Shown here piece by piece: positions 14,049 through 26,826 of a stretch of 64,000 bases of DNA. Numbering within the stretch: the stretch's first letter is position 1; each line of letters starts with the position of its first letter. Made by a program: the position numbers and the translations under genes. The DNA lies in assembly GCF_964204645.1 (NCBI RefSeq), contig NC_134033.1, positions 7,262,655 to 7,326,654 of the forward strand, read 5' to 3'. The notes under the pieces are model-generated. The model saw nothing but the letters and a program-made list of their open reading frames with translations, was not told the origin of the DNA and did not search any database. The DNA comes from Tubulanus polymorphus. Its lineage: Eukaryota > Animalia > Nemertea.

Positions 14049-16639
14049 ACAGCCCACCGATTCCCAGCAACTGAAGCCCACTAGTGGGATATGAGATCCC
14101 TTCCGCGCTTATGTCGGTCACAAATACTGACAACTACTCCAACTCAGATGGTCACATGATAAGCATTTTGACAATAAAATCAATTATTTCTAATCATTGT
14201 GAAATTTATTTCCAGTTAAAAAGCTATTTCTTTAGGTTCTTTATCTTCTTGATTCCATTCTGAATATAATGTGCTAGCGACTTCAGAGGGCCACTCATGC
14301 AATAATTAACTACCAATTTCGTTCCTAGATCCTCAGACCCGTCATCTGCAATGCTTAAGGTTTGGTTTGCATATGACACTACAGTAAACTCCGCCTAAGT
14401 CGGATCAATTTGTAACAGATAATTTCGTCCGACATAGCCGACTTGGAAGACCAATCTTTTTTTAATATTTTGGAACTCATTTATTAACGACTACGGTTGC
14501 TAATATAAGGTTTATTCTGTAAAAACTGTTATATGCAGAAAAAACTTAAACAAATAATCAAATGTGTACTATTTGAATAAGTAACCTCAGTTTTGGTTGT
14601 TTGCGGCTTGTATCATCTGTCTGATGTACGATTGTTTGGCCCTATTTAAATCTGTAGCCGGGGAATCCCTTAGTCAGCATTCACATGCCAGGGGCGACCT
14701 TGCATGCCAGCAGTCGTTCCGCAGTCAGCATCATTTATCCAGGATTCGAACCCACCAGCAGAATTCATTTACTGTTCGGAACCCGCCCTTACGAGCATTA
14801 TTGGTCCGGTCATAAAATGTCAGAATTTATATAAGATCTTTATTTACAAAGAAATTATAAGTTATACAGCGGATGTAGATTCAGAATATGAAATGTTATA
14901 ATATCAATTGAGGGGGCCAATGAAGCAAATTGCTTGTTACTTGGTCACCCAGACACTCTCTCACCTCATTCATGCTCACTGACACACAACAGGCATACCG
15001 ATGAAAATGTCGCGATCATAGATAAACATCATTATTAATCATAAATGCTGGTTCTAGATTTTTTGAATTTGCCTTTAAGTGAATAAATCGTTTTGGAAGA
15101 TCTTCAATCTTGTTCCAAATTTTGCCAGTTCATAGAAATTAAGCACAGGAAGCTTTTAAGGAAACAACTTTTATTGTGTAATGGAATCCGAGGGTGGTTA
15201 CCTTGACAAGGATTGTGATTGTTGTCAAAGAATTCTTTTAAAAGACATTCATAATAGGTACCAGTAGCTGATTGTTTGAAAACTAATAGGCCTAGCCATA
15301 TTTAAGCGATTCTAGTTCGATCATATCCTCAAATTTAAGAACGTTGAATTTTTTGAAGATTCGTGTGGCTATTGTATTCAAATTTGGCAATTACTCTGAT
15401 TGATTTTTTTTGTCATCTAACAAGTCTTTGTGTATTAGCTTTAGATATTAGTGGTCCCGTATGATAAGTGGCTATTGATGTAACTTTGATACAATAATTT
15501 AAGAATTAACTGGGGGTTGAATAATTCTGGTTAGACCAATGGTCGTTCAGAATATATGACTTAGAAGCAGTAAGTAACGAAAATGATTGAGACATTGCTA
15601 CGAGATTATCCGACTTGACAGGCTACGGCTTAGGTAAATACGAAAGTATAACAAAGCCTTTTCGACTTTGATATTATTGTATCTTAAGTCATATTATTTT
15701 ATCCATGCTATAACTATCTGCCCATTTGTTTGTTTAGTAATTCGTTAATCCGTGCTCAGACAGATGCCCACTAATGTATTAAACAATGACCAATTTGGCA
15801 CCTGTCACCTGCCTGTCACATGTCTCTCTGTTCTTTTTGTAACCAATATTGTATATAACTTGTAAGATTCAGAAGAATCGACACTCACTCTGACACATTC
15901 ATTCACTCAGACACTTTCGTGAAGTCAGCCTTGGAGTCTGTATCAAATATCAGACACATACCAAGTGCGTCTGGAATAAATATTATCGTCAACTGAAAAA
16001 TCGTAGTCCTCGTCATCTATAATGAGCTAGTTCCGGAAATGACTCGTAAGCGGAAAAATAGCGTTGCTAAAAAAGCATTACTTAGGCCTAATATAGGAAA
16101 ATGAAAATTTTTCTTATATTGCACCGAGTTAAGCAGTTATACAACTTGACCGGATCCGACTTAGGCAGAGTTTACTGTCCTTGAATTTAAAAGTTTGTGT
16201 AAAGATACTAATGACGCCAACCAGCGGTGACTATAATCCCTGCGCTCAGTTCCATTGCAGCTGAGTTTAGGTTGGCATACCTCAGGCGGGAGTAGAATGT
16301 GGGCAACTAGCCGGATACGGCTTGCGACGAATCGGTGGGAGTCGGAAGCCGACTTATGTCGAACGAATATGACGACAACCGGTGGCTTATCATAGGCCAC
16401 TTATTGTCGCTTACCACTGATAAGTCCAGTTTTGTCGGTAAGCATAAAGTCACTTGTGGACAGAAACCAGCCTTAAGCCTTTCGTTACGTGGTAGGGCAT
16501 ACACAGTCTCCGGTGACCCAAACTTTATCAGACCGGGTCTATTTTGATTTCACAGAAACGCATGTAGCCTTGCAAAAATAACGGCAATTTGCTTCAATTT
16601 TGGTAGGCCCCCTATATTTTCGATTATTTCACAAAAACA

Positions 16640-18557
16640 CTAGACGTATCGGCCCCACTCCGCGGGATTTACGCGAAGCAGCAGAACACAAACACGGCCA
16701 TTCTCTCAATTTTCAATGATAGAAATCGTGTGTGTATTTCAATTATTTCGGCTGTTAGGGTTTAAGGGCACAATATAAGTTGATGATGTGATATGGCGAT
16801 GTTAATTAATGATAATTCCGCAGTGAAGCTAGTCACGAACGGTGCCGATTGAGTGTACAGCTGCCAAAAACACTGAAATGTGCGTAGTTGCGTAACTATT
16901 TGCAATGAATTGCAGACGAAACATGAAGCCTTAACGGCCGTTAAAAAAAAAATTATACCAATCGCAATTGTAAAATAACTAGGGGTCCAAGGACACCATG
17001 CCCACTTGGGAAGTGGTTCCAAATGCTCAACAATCTAACAATTTCAATATTCAACACCCCCTGGTGACCAAATACAGAATCCAATGACCTTGAAACTCAC
17101 CACAATCATAGAACATGTCAGCAGCTACGATTTTGTAATTGATTGTGATAACAAAATATGCCTCGTTACCACTTTAATATGGAAACACTAAGTTATTCTA
17201 CTATTCAACACCCCCTGGTGACCGTATTCAAAACCCAATGACCTTGAAACTCACCACAATCATAGAAAATGTCATGAACTATAACTTTGTAATTGATCAT
17301 GGTAACAAAATATGCCTAGGTACCAATATAATAAGGAAATACTAAGTTATTCTACTATTCAACGCCCCCTGGTGACCATATAGAATAACTAATGGCCTTA
17401 ACACTTGCCACAATCGTAGATGATGTCATGAGCTACAACTTTCCAATTGATTGTGGTTACAAAATAAGCATTGATACGAATATAATATAGAAATACTAAG
17501 ATATTGCATTATTCAACGCCCCCTGGTGGCCATATACAAAAACCAATGACCTTGAAACTCACCACAATCATAGAACACGTTATGAGCTACAACTTTCTAA
17601 ATGATTGTGGTAACAAAATACGCTTAGGTATCAATATAATGTGGAAAAACTTTTTCCCACTTACGAATGAGTACTGGTGACACCAAGATGGCCGCCAATT
17701 GCGTCATAATTGGCTGATGAAAAATACCTGTCTCAGGTATAAAACATCCCTTTCCAAAGAATAACCATCACAAATTGCAATGAGAAATGATAAACCAGTA
17801 GGAAGCTACAGGACTCAGAATTTGGGCCAAAATTAACATTTTTGGGCACTAAAAAGGTCATAGGACAGCCATCTTGAGTCCGATCGACCCAATTTTTGTT
17901 ATGCTGATGGGCCCTGGGGGAATTCACATATATCCGAAAGATCAAGGTAATTGATCAATGCGTCTTCAAAATTTCCCTCAAAAAGTTCAAAAATGTGTAA
18001 AAAGTGCTGATTTTGGCGAACAACAATGGCTGCCAGTCGGCCATCTTGAATCTGACAGGGCCAGTTTTTGGGCTGAAGATGTGTCTAGGGTAGATACATG
18101 TGTAACCCAAATATCAAGACATTACCTTGAAGCGTCTTCAAAACTTCCCAAAATAACTGGATTCCGTCTACGAACGGACGGCGGACGAAAAGTGAACGCA
18201 ATAGCCCGCTGGGACTAAAGTCCCAAGTGGGCTAAAAATGAGATAGAACCTAAGTTAAAATTCTGGCCATTTCTAAAATGTTATTGATTATTATTAATAA
18301 TTTTTAGTCAGTGCGGAACGTTTCGTTTTCCAACAATAATGAGGGGTGGTAGGTAGTCATGCAATTCAAGTCATCATTTATTACACGTTACTTCCGTGTT
18401 GTTGAAAATCTCGCGAGTCCTGGACCAAACCCCATTGAACAATGTGATCTGTGTGCTGGCCACAAATGCACACAGATCACACTACACTACCCATTACACA
18501 CTCCAGTACCCACAGCTTTCATATATCCATCCAAATATTTAGTGGCTTTCTTCCTGG
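16640..18557. repeat. ~660-bp repeat (interrupted by a HINE), inverted copy at 54839-55510
   Basis: 16640-16978 plus 18234-18557 match the reverse complement of 54839-55510 at high identity. The ORF-track peptides MQFKSS... appear on opposite strands. Confidence 0.9.
16977..18235 (-). mobile_element. Complete Helentron-associated non-autonomous element (HINE/DINE-like) with 154-bp tandem array
   Basis: Subterminal IRs are GCCCACTTGGGA (~17001) and TCCCAAGTGGGC (~18221). There is a terminal hairpin GCCCGCTGGGACTAAAGTCCCAAGTGGGC and a GGAC microsatellite near 18172-18188. Four or more 154-bp units occur at ~17051/17205/17359/17513. It is inserted in an A/T run without a TSD, and the empty site is visible at ~55160. 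Confidence 0.8.
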
Positions 18558-21500
18558 TTCCGAATTCTATGAAACTTTCAGATTGTAAAATAGATACTAT
18601 ACGCCACCTCTGATGAAAAAATCAGATCTCAGGACCATCTAGATAAAAAGTGTGTCACCAGTTTTACTGAAAATTTTCGCGATAGGCAAATGCATTGGAA
18701 GCATGACGTCATCAGCTAGTGATAGCAAAAGCGAACCATAGGTTCGCTAAAAAGTGAACGCGATTAGTCTGCACTATAAGCTAAGCCCCTAGTAGGCTAA
18801 AAATGGCCTACAAAGTTAGACCCTACTGTCTCACAATTTTTTCTCCTACAATTTTCCTCCAGGTGGCCCTTATCGTTTAATGACTTCTACTTCATACCAG
18901 TCTATAGATACTACCAACCCCACTCATGCTATAATAGGCCTAGGCTTATCAATCAATAATTAAATCAATTATTTATTACCTGGTGCCTTGTTTCTTTTGG
19001 TCACCATCAGAATTAACTTGCTCACTAACCGCCGCTGCGTTATCCCCAGAACTTGCCATTTTCCAGAGTATTTCGAATAATTATTTATCCACAAATATAT
19101 TTCGAAGTAAATCCCAACTCACAAATCACGGAATGAGTCTTTGTTTTATAGTTGTGCTGTAGACAATAGCTTTTCACTAGGCCTAGCCTAGAATACGACA
19201 CTGTTTCCTTCAGAGATTGACCGTATCTTGTCTGACCTTGGACAACTTAGCATTTATCAGTTTTTACCGGGAGGATTCTTATCTAGTTCTAATGATCCAC
19301 AGACTACAAACAAAATTTATTCAGCAAGTTCATCCAGCAGTCAGGACCAAAAAACTATCCATTACTACTCCAATCACAACTCGCCTCCGGCTTAGGCTAC
19401 GTGACAACAACCGTAATGTCAAATCAAATTTAATCAATGTAGGCCATATAGCCTTAATGTAATGTTAGTCAACCACAACAAATCTCAAACCAGGTTCAAA
19501 CTAGAATAGGGCCTGAATATCAGGCTTCTTCGATCTCTGAAAATAATCCTAAATTAAAGGTATAGAGAGATGATGCGTCCTCTAACACTCTCAGTACTAT
19601 AGTTAGTAGGTAAATTCGGCCTACGATCTCACTCCCGCGGGGCTGGGGCGAGTCGAAAAGAGGGTGAGAGCCGTTGTTGGTGATTTCGACAATGATGAGG
19701 AGACAGCTATAATTGTGACGTCGTGTTTCTTCAGGTTTCGGTCGGTTACTCCAGTTCCTTGAATTCACACGGTGGTGAATGGAATCACAGCCGTCCAGCA
19801 GGTCGCACTCCTCGCAGCAGCAAGCTTAACGCACCTCGTCTTGTCTTGCCTTCTTGCACCTTTGATCTGTATCAATTGATATTCTCCGTAGTAATCCACA
19901 AAAAACAATACATGGTTTACTATTAATACTAATCGATATCACTGTATGGCTGCTGTTGATGCTGCTGATGCAGTATAAACTCCTCCCTGAGCTCTACAGA
20001 GGTATGTCACGTGACCCATATACGAAATGACGTAATCAAGACGTCAGGAACCGGAAGAAATCCCCAAGTGAACATATTTGTTAGACTGGTTACCGGTCTC
20101 TATCTTCAATTAGAATTAGACTGGTCGCCTGTCCAATTCTGCGCGGTCGTCATTAGTTCCAAGACGAGTTTGTCGATGACGTCATATATAAATAATAACA
20201 TAACCATGTGCGTATACTCCGTGTACCAGATCGTGATCAGATGGTGGCCTAGCTAAGTCAGTTTTGGTGGTACATACATAATAAAAGTCTTATTAGGACC
20301 ACAAAGCACAGGCAGTTGAATAAAAACATCCTTTTTCAATCCATTCTTCCCTGTATTGCAAAAGACGGTGCGGGTGAGCTCTTGGAGTAATCAGTCGGAT
20401 TACTCCAAGGTGGTCTCAATCGAATTCTATGACTGTAATAAGGCTTCAAGAAGAAAAATAAAAAATGTTTTGTTTCGTCTTTTATGTTTTTTTCCTGAAA
20501 TCTCGATGTTGGTTCATAATACTAAAATAGGACAGGGTTTCGAATTGATATTTTTCTTAAGCAGATTTGGAGCTAAAGTTTCACGTATCATACTAAATTT
20601 AAGACGAATTGAAGAACTTTCGATCATTTTGGAGTTCAACTGTGTTGAACTGGTATGACTGTAATAACAAAACACGTCTTCATTCATCCTTCAATTTGAT
20701 GATTGGATCCCAGGAGAAAGGCTCCATATAATTAGATCACTAGCTTACTAGAGTTGTATTTGATTTTATCGTTATAAGTCGACCTTGCAAGAAAGTTATG
20801 TAAGTAAATAATTCATTTTGTTTATTTACATACCAGTGGATGTTCCTTTTTAAATAATGTTGAACAAAGAATCACCAAAAGATGATAACGGAAGAAGATT
20901 GCGGCAATTTGTTTATGATTATGCAATTCGGCGCACAGAATTGGTTAAATAAAGTCTTTGTATTTGAATTTGTTCCCCTCATCATGCACGCATGTGGTTA
21001 TGTTATTATTTACGTATGACGTCATCGACAAACTCGTCTTGGAGCTAAAGACGACCATTCTGCGCCACCTGCATTCGCAGAACCCGTCCGCCATCTTCCG
21101 CGGAATATACGGATCCAATCAGAATTCAGTATTTCATCACGTGAACAATGTAACATGGCCGCCTCCAGAGTGTCTCGATTTACGTTACGATTTACGTGGA
21201 CATCTTAATAGCAAAAGGTTGAAAGCCTGTTTTGGTCGATGGCTAGTGACGTCACTAGTACAAATTCCGAGCGGTTCGAATCCCACAATACGCCAAAATC
21301 ACTACGGCCGCTCTGAGCGCATATCTATAATAATAACTTTTATTTTCCCTCGAATTACAACACGATTATACATACAAAGTTATATAAAAGAATACAAGGG
21401 TACTGGAATACCAAGGGCCATACGACTTGCGAGTTACGTTTTACGAGTTACGATTTACGTTTTGCAAGTTACGATTTACGTTTTACGAGTTACTAATACA

Positions 21501-22346
21501 TTTCCTACAATACGTTACGACTTACGATTTACGACTTACGTTTTACGAATTACACGTTTTTCACTAATTGGCTTCGGGTATCCGAAGCGCGTAATTCAAA
21601 GAACGGGTTTCAAAATGAAGTCGAATTGTCATTTCAAACAGCATAATAAGAGTAATTTATTGTAAATAGTGAATCAATCTCGACTGCAGTGGTCTATTAC
21701 AGGGCAGAAAATCTGCGCGTTGGCCATCTGGTGCGAACCTTCTCAAAATCTATTAAATGCTGACAATACATTTCACACTGACTGATGACTGCCCCGTTAC
21801 GTGCACGATGATTTTAATAGACGATATTTCAATAGATCTTAGCTGGAAATGATTTTGATAATTAGAACAAGATTCATCAATTTAGAAAAAATGTATTTAT
21901 TTTTTGAAAACACTGGGCTGCATACAGCCATCCATCATCGTTACAGTTATTCGTCTAATAATTACACCCACACAGTGAAATGCCTGCCACGTGGCCACTG
22001 TCCTTGAACTCTTGCGAACCGAAACTCCAACACTTAACTCGTAAATCGTAACTCGTAATTCGTAAAACGTATTTACGTCAGTAATAGGGGTTTAGTTGTT
22101 TCATACCAAAGGTCGAGAGGTCGAGCTCGTAAAAAATGAAAAACATGAAAATAATAACAATTTCTACTTGAATTAGTCGCGAAACTCATAAAAAATGAAA
22201 AATAATTCTCACACGCCCGAATTTATTTTTCATTTTTACTCGCTAGAAAAAAGTGTGAGTAAAGTGTGAGTGAAATAATTCATAAATCATTGAATATTTA
22301 TATTTATATGCGTTGGATTCATTTTAATAAAAGTTTTGTTATTAAA

Positions 22347-22967
22347 ATGAAGACAGAAGAAGAACCCAACTTTAAAATCGAAATAAAAGAAACCAATAAA
22401 TCATTATCACAGTTTAACATTAAAAATTATATTTCAGCAACAAATTTAGTGTCCGCAAAGTATTATAAAATTGATAACATAACTATGATTAATCAAATAT
22501 TATCAAATGAAACATATTTAATGACTGAACTAGTAGATACTTTTGATAATGGAATAAAAAATCCTAAAATATTCAATACAGTTTTAAATTTTAAAGGAAC
22601 TTTAGATGAAAACATAATAAATATTCTTGAAACTCCTTTCAATGAAAGAAATGATGATATAATACTTTCAAAAGATTATAATGATTTGATTAACTTAAGA
22701 ATTGAAAAAAGACAATTATATTATTTCAATTTTGATAATAAACAAATTATCTATAATGAAAATTCATCAAATATTGGAATTCAATGTGAATTAGATAATG
22801 AAAATCATTATTGCAAGATATTGCAGTTCAATGTAATTTAGATGATGAATTAAGAAAATTCAATCCTAATGAAAAAAATTCATTGTTATTGCGGAGGTAA
22901 ATATTCAAAATCACATAAATCAAAGCATTATGAAACAATTAAACATAAAAACTGGCGTAAAGAGTAA
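22347..22967 (+). pseudogene. Unknown protein with C-terminal CxCG...H...H zinc finger (two frameshifts)
   Basis: ORF 22347-22841 (MKTEEEPNF...) continues in shifted frames as QDIAVQCNLDDELRK and IHCYCGGKYSKSHKSKHYETIKH (22869-22967). Confidence 0.6.
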
Positions 22968-23019
22968 CAATTCTACATTATAATTATTGAATTGAGTTAA
23001 ATGATTTAAATATCTAATA

Positions 23020-24890
23020 GACTGTTAAAATGATAAATTGTTTGACAGTTGAAATGATAAATTGTTTGACAGTTGAAATGATAAATTGTTTGGCAGTTGA
23101 AATGATAAGACAGCTGAAATGATAAATTGTTTGACAGTTGAAATGATAAATTGTTTGACAGTTGAAATGATAAATTGTTTGACAGTTGAAATGATAAATT
23201 GTTCGACTGTTGAAATGATAAGACAGTTGAAATGATAAATTGTTTGACAGTTGAAATGATAAATTGTTTGACAGTTGAAATGATAAATTGTTTGACGGTT
23301 GAAATGATAAATTGTTTGGCAGTTGAAATGATAAATTGTTTGACGGTTGAAATGATAAATTGTTTGACGGTTGAAATGATAAATTGTTTGACGGTTGAAA
23401 TGATAAATTGTTTGACGGTTGAAATGATAAATTGTTTGACGGTTGAAATGATAAATTGTTTGACGGTTGAAATGATAAATTGTTTGACAGTTGAAATGAT
23501 AAATTGTTTTGCAGTTGAAATGATAAGACAGCTGAAATGATAAATTGTTTGACAGTTGAAATGATAAATTGTTTGACAGTTGAAATGATAAATTGTTTGA
23601 CAGTTGAAATGATAAATTGTTTGACAGTTGAAATGATAAATTGTTCGACTGTTGAAATGATAAGACAGTTGAAATGATAAATTGTTTGACAGTTGAAATG
23701 ATAAATTGTTTGACAGTTGAAATGATAAATTGTTTGACAGTTGAAATGATAAATTGTTTGGCAGTTGAAATGATAAATTGTTCGACTGTTGAAATGATAA
23801 ATTGTTTGACAGTTGAAATGATAAATTGTTTGACAGTTGAAATGATAAATTGTTTGACAGTTGAAATTATAAATTGTTTTGCAGTTGAAATGATAAGACA
23901 GCTGAAATGATAAATTGTTTGACAGTTGAAATGATAAATTGTTTGACAGTTGAAATGATAAATTGTTTGACAGTTGAAATGAGAAATTGTTTTGCAGTTG
24001 AAATGATAAGACAGCTGAAATGATAAATTGTTTGACAGTTGAAATGATAAATTGTTCGACTGTTGAAATGATAAGACAGTTGAAATGATAAATTGTTTGA
24101 CAGTTGAAATGATAAATTGTTTGACAGTTGAAATGATAAATTGTTTGACAGTTGAAATGATAAATTGTTTTGCAGTTGAAATGATAAGACAGCTGAAATG
24201 ATAAATTGTTTGACAGTTGAAATGATAAATTGTTTGACAGTTGAAATGATAAATTGTTTGACAGTTGAAATGAGAAATTGTTTTGCAGTTGAAATGATAA
24301 GACAGCTGAAATGATAAATTGTTTGACAGTTGAAATGATAAATTGTTTGACAGTTGAAATGATAAATTGTTTGACAGTTGAAATGATAAATTGTTCGACT
24401 GTTGAAATGATAAATTGTTTGACAGTTGAAATGAGAAATTGTTTTGCAGTTGAAATGATAAGACAGCTGAAATGATAAATTGTTTGACAGTTGAAATGAT
24501 AAATTGTTTGACAGTTGAAATGATAAATTGTTTGACAGTTGAAATGATAAATTGTTTGACAGTTGAAATGATAAATTGTTTGACAGTTGAAATGATAAAT
24601 TGTTTGACAGTTGAAATGATAAATTGTTTGACAGTTGAAATGATAAATTGTTTGACAGTTGAAATGATAAATTGTTTGGCAGTTGAAATGATAAATTGTT
24701 CGACTGTTGAAATGATAAGACAGTTGAAATGATAAATTGTTCGACTGTTGAAATGATAAGACAGTTGAAATGATAAATTGTTTGACAGTTGAAATGATAA
24801 ATTGTTTGACAGTTGAAATGATAAATTGTTCGACTGTTGAAATGATAAATTGTTTGACAGTTGAAATGATAAATTGTTTGACAGTTGAAT
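23020..24890. repeat. Tandem array, 24-bp unit TTGAAATGATAAATTGTTTGACAG with interspersed 17-bp variant TTGAAATGATAAGACAG (~80 units)
   Basis: Read directly from the sequence. There are no unique spacers. Confidence 0.97.
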
Positions 24891-26005
24891 TGTTAACACT
24901 TGGACACTAAATTTGTTGCTGAAATATAATTTTTAATGTTAAACTGTGAAAATGATTTATTGATTTCTTTTATTTCGATTTTAAAGTTGGGTTCTTCTTC
25001 TGTCTTCATTTTAATAACAAAACTTTTATTAAAATGAATCCAACGCATATAAATATCCAATGATTTATGAATTATTTCACTCACACTTTACTCACCCTTT
25101 TTTCTAGCGAGTAAAAATGAAAAATAAATTCGGGCGTGTGAGAATTATTTTTCATTTTTTATGAGTTTCGCGACTAATTCAAGTAGAAATTGTTATTATT
25201 TTCATGTTTTTCATTTTTTACGAGCTCGACCTCTCGACCTTTGGTATGAAACAACTAAACCCCTATCACTTACGTCGTAATTCGTAACTCATAAAACGGA
25301 AGTCGTAACGAATATTCAATGAAATGTATAAGTAACTCGTAAAACGTAAATCGTAACTCGTAAAACGTAACTCGTAAAACGTAACTCGTATGGCCCTTGA
25401 GGTATTCCACACATATCGCATTTCAACGTTTCCGTTTAATAATTGTAAAATAACTAATAATAGCTTTATAAGGGTTAGAAGTACATTGTATTTACTCCTA
25501 GTGTATGTATATATCATGTACGGTTGCGAGAAAACTTAACCCCTGCCCTGGTTAAAATGAGTCCACTAAACCTTTAAGTTTTAAATTGTTTAATGACACT
25601 ATTAAGTTTTAAATTGTTAAAACTGCAAACTATGGTTGTCACAGATGCACCTTCTTCACATCCTTTGAAATCCTGGATACCATCGCTGGCGGCAAAGACC
25701 TTCAGGTCTGTCTTCAACGGCACATCGCTTTGGAACAAGTGACTACCGTGTCATCAAATCAGAACTAGGTAAAAAAATGTACCCCAAAAATAAATACAAG
25801 TTAACGGAATGTTTTGAGGTTTGAATTTTTTTGTTTATTTGTTGGTTCAAATCGAACCCTCGTCATCATCCTGATCTCCATAAATCTAGGAAAAATATTC
25901 GCACACTTAAAACAATAAAATACGAGCAATAAGCAATAACATCAGACTGGAGTAAGTAACTTTACTTAAATCACAGATACAATCCTACACAAAACAATGG
26001 CTATT

Positions 26006-26243
26006 CAGTGGCGGATCCACCCCTCTTTTTTACCGATGTAGCCACAAATCTGCGTTACTGAGTAAAACCGAATGAAATCATTCTATTAAGTAATGCTCCG
26101 AATGCACCTGATTGCATCTATTTTTCCAAAATTTGTTTAGGGAGGGTCTTCGCGTTATAGGTGCTTGCTCTGGAATGGCTTATAGCCATCCTGTTGTTGC
26201 TTTCATTTGCCCCCCCCCCTTCAAAATGCAGGATCCGCCCCTG
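26006..26243. mobile_element. hAT-like MITE
   Basis: TIRs are CAGTGGCGGATCC ... GGATCCGCCCCTG. An 8-bp TSD is not recognisable. Confidence 0.55.
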
Positions 26244-26386
26244 AGTGTAGGTAAAACGATCGACAAAGACGTACAGAACTCTTAAACAACAGTTAACAAT
26301 TTAAGCAACGATAGACACAACAGACAGCTGATTACTTTACAAACCAGTTGTCAGAACCTTAATTATTTTTACATGTACATACAGAG

Positions 26387-26521
26387 TGTTAGATCCTCGA
26401 GTTGTCCTAGAGCTCAAAGTACAATTACAACAAGGAAGCCATGTTGGAGATAAAATCTAACTTATATTGTTACCACCAGATGTCATCACTGTACAGATTA
26501 TACAATATCAAATACATAACA
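26387..26521 (-). repeat. 3' LTR (135 bp, TGTTA...TAACA) with adjacent polypurine tract
   Basis: TG...CA ends. The PPT AAAAAAGAAGA (minus strand) at 26522-26532 abuts the LTR. Confidence 0.9.
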
Positions 26522-26826
26522 TCTTCTTTTTTAACAAAAATTAAAGAAAAGTAATATCCTAAAATAACAATGATCAGTAACCATATGAAAATTACATGAA
26601 TCAACTTAAACACTAACGTACACTAAAATAGGTTGGGATACTCAAAAATAGTAAAACCAGCCTGTTAACTGAACTAGTTACAAGTACAAACTGTCTGATA
26701 TAGAAAATAAGCATAATAACACTTTACGACAATTACTTATCAGTAATAGGAAGATGTGGGTTTCATACCAGAGGACGAGAGGACGAGACACCACTCATCA
26801 CCACAAGTAATTTTTTTTCCTTATAA

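Larger units (their letters stand above)
22080..25270. mobile_element. Non-autonomous mini-Polinton-like element (3.19 kb)
   Basis: TIRs span 22080-22454 and 24902-25270 and begin AGT(A/G)ATAGG. The 6-bp TSD TACGTC is at 22074-22079 and 25271-25276. The terminal motif is shared with the large Polinton. No PolB, integrase or capsid gene is present. Confidence 0.9.
21404..25409. mobile_element. Non-autonomous TIR element with TTACG-rich subterminal repeats (host of the mini-Polinton)
   Basis: The left end TGGAATACCAAGGGCCATACGA matches the right end TCGTATGGCCCTTGAGGTATTCCA. The TTACGA/TTACGT arrays at 21430-21560 are mirrored at 22035-22079 and 25271-25390. The TSD is unclear and the superfamily is undetermined. 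Confidence 0.75.

Noticed and set aside
19463-20200. Possible solo LTR (TGTTA...TAACA)
   Set aside because: The composition is LTR-like, but no matching TSD exists for any TG/CA pair tried, and there is no second copy in the window.
20380-20408. 12-bp-stem hairpin CTTGGAGTAATC-AGTCG-GATTACTCCAAG
   Set aside because: It is isolated, with no associated gene or element boundary, so no function can be supported.
20958-21665. 235-aa ORF
   Set aside because: It has a TTG start, runs across the boundary of the TIR element into TTACG repeats, and has no recognisable domain.
23020-24890. CRISPR-like array (GTTT...TTGAAA resemblance)
   Set aside because: The units are head-to-tail with no unique spacers, there are no cas genes, and the context is eukaryotic.
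23025-24899. 624-aa ORF and the MINCLTVE ORFs
   Set aside because: These are by-products of a stop-free repeat unit. The ORF drifts through all three frames at the 17-bp variants and has no ATG/ATAAATG start.
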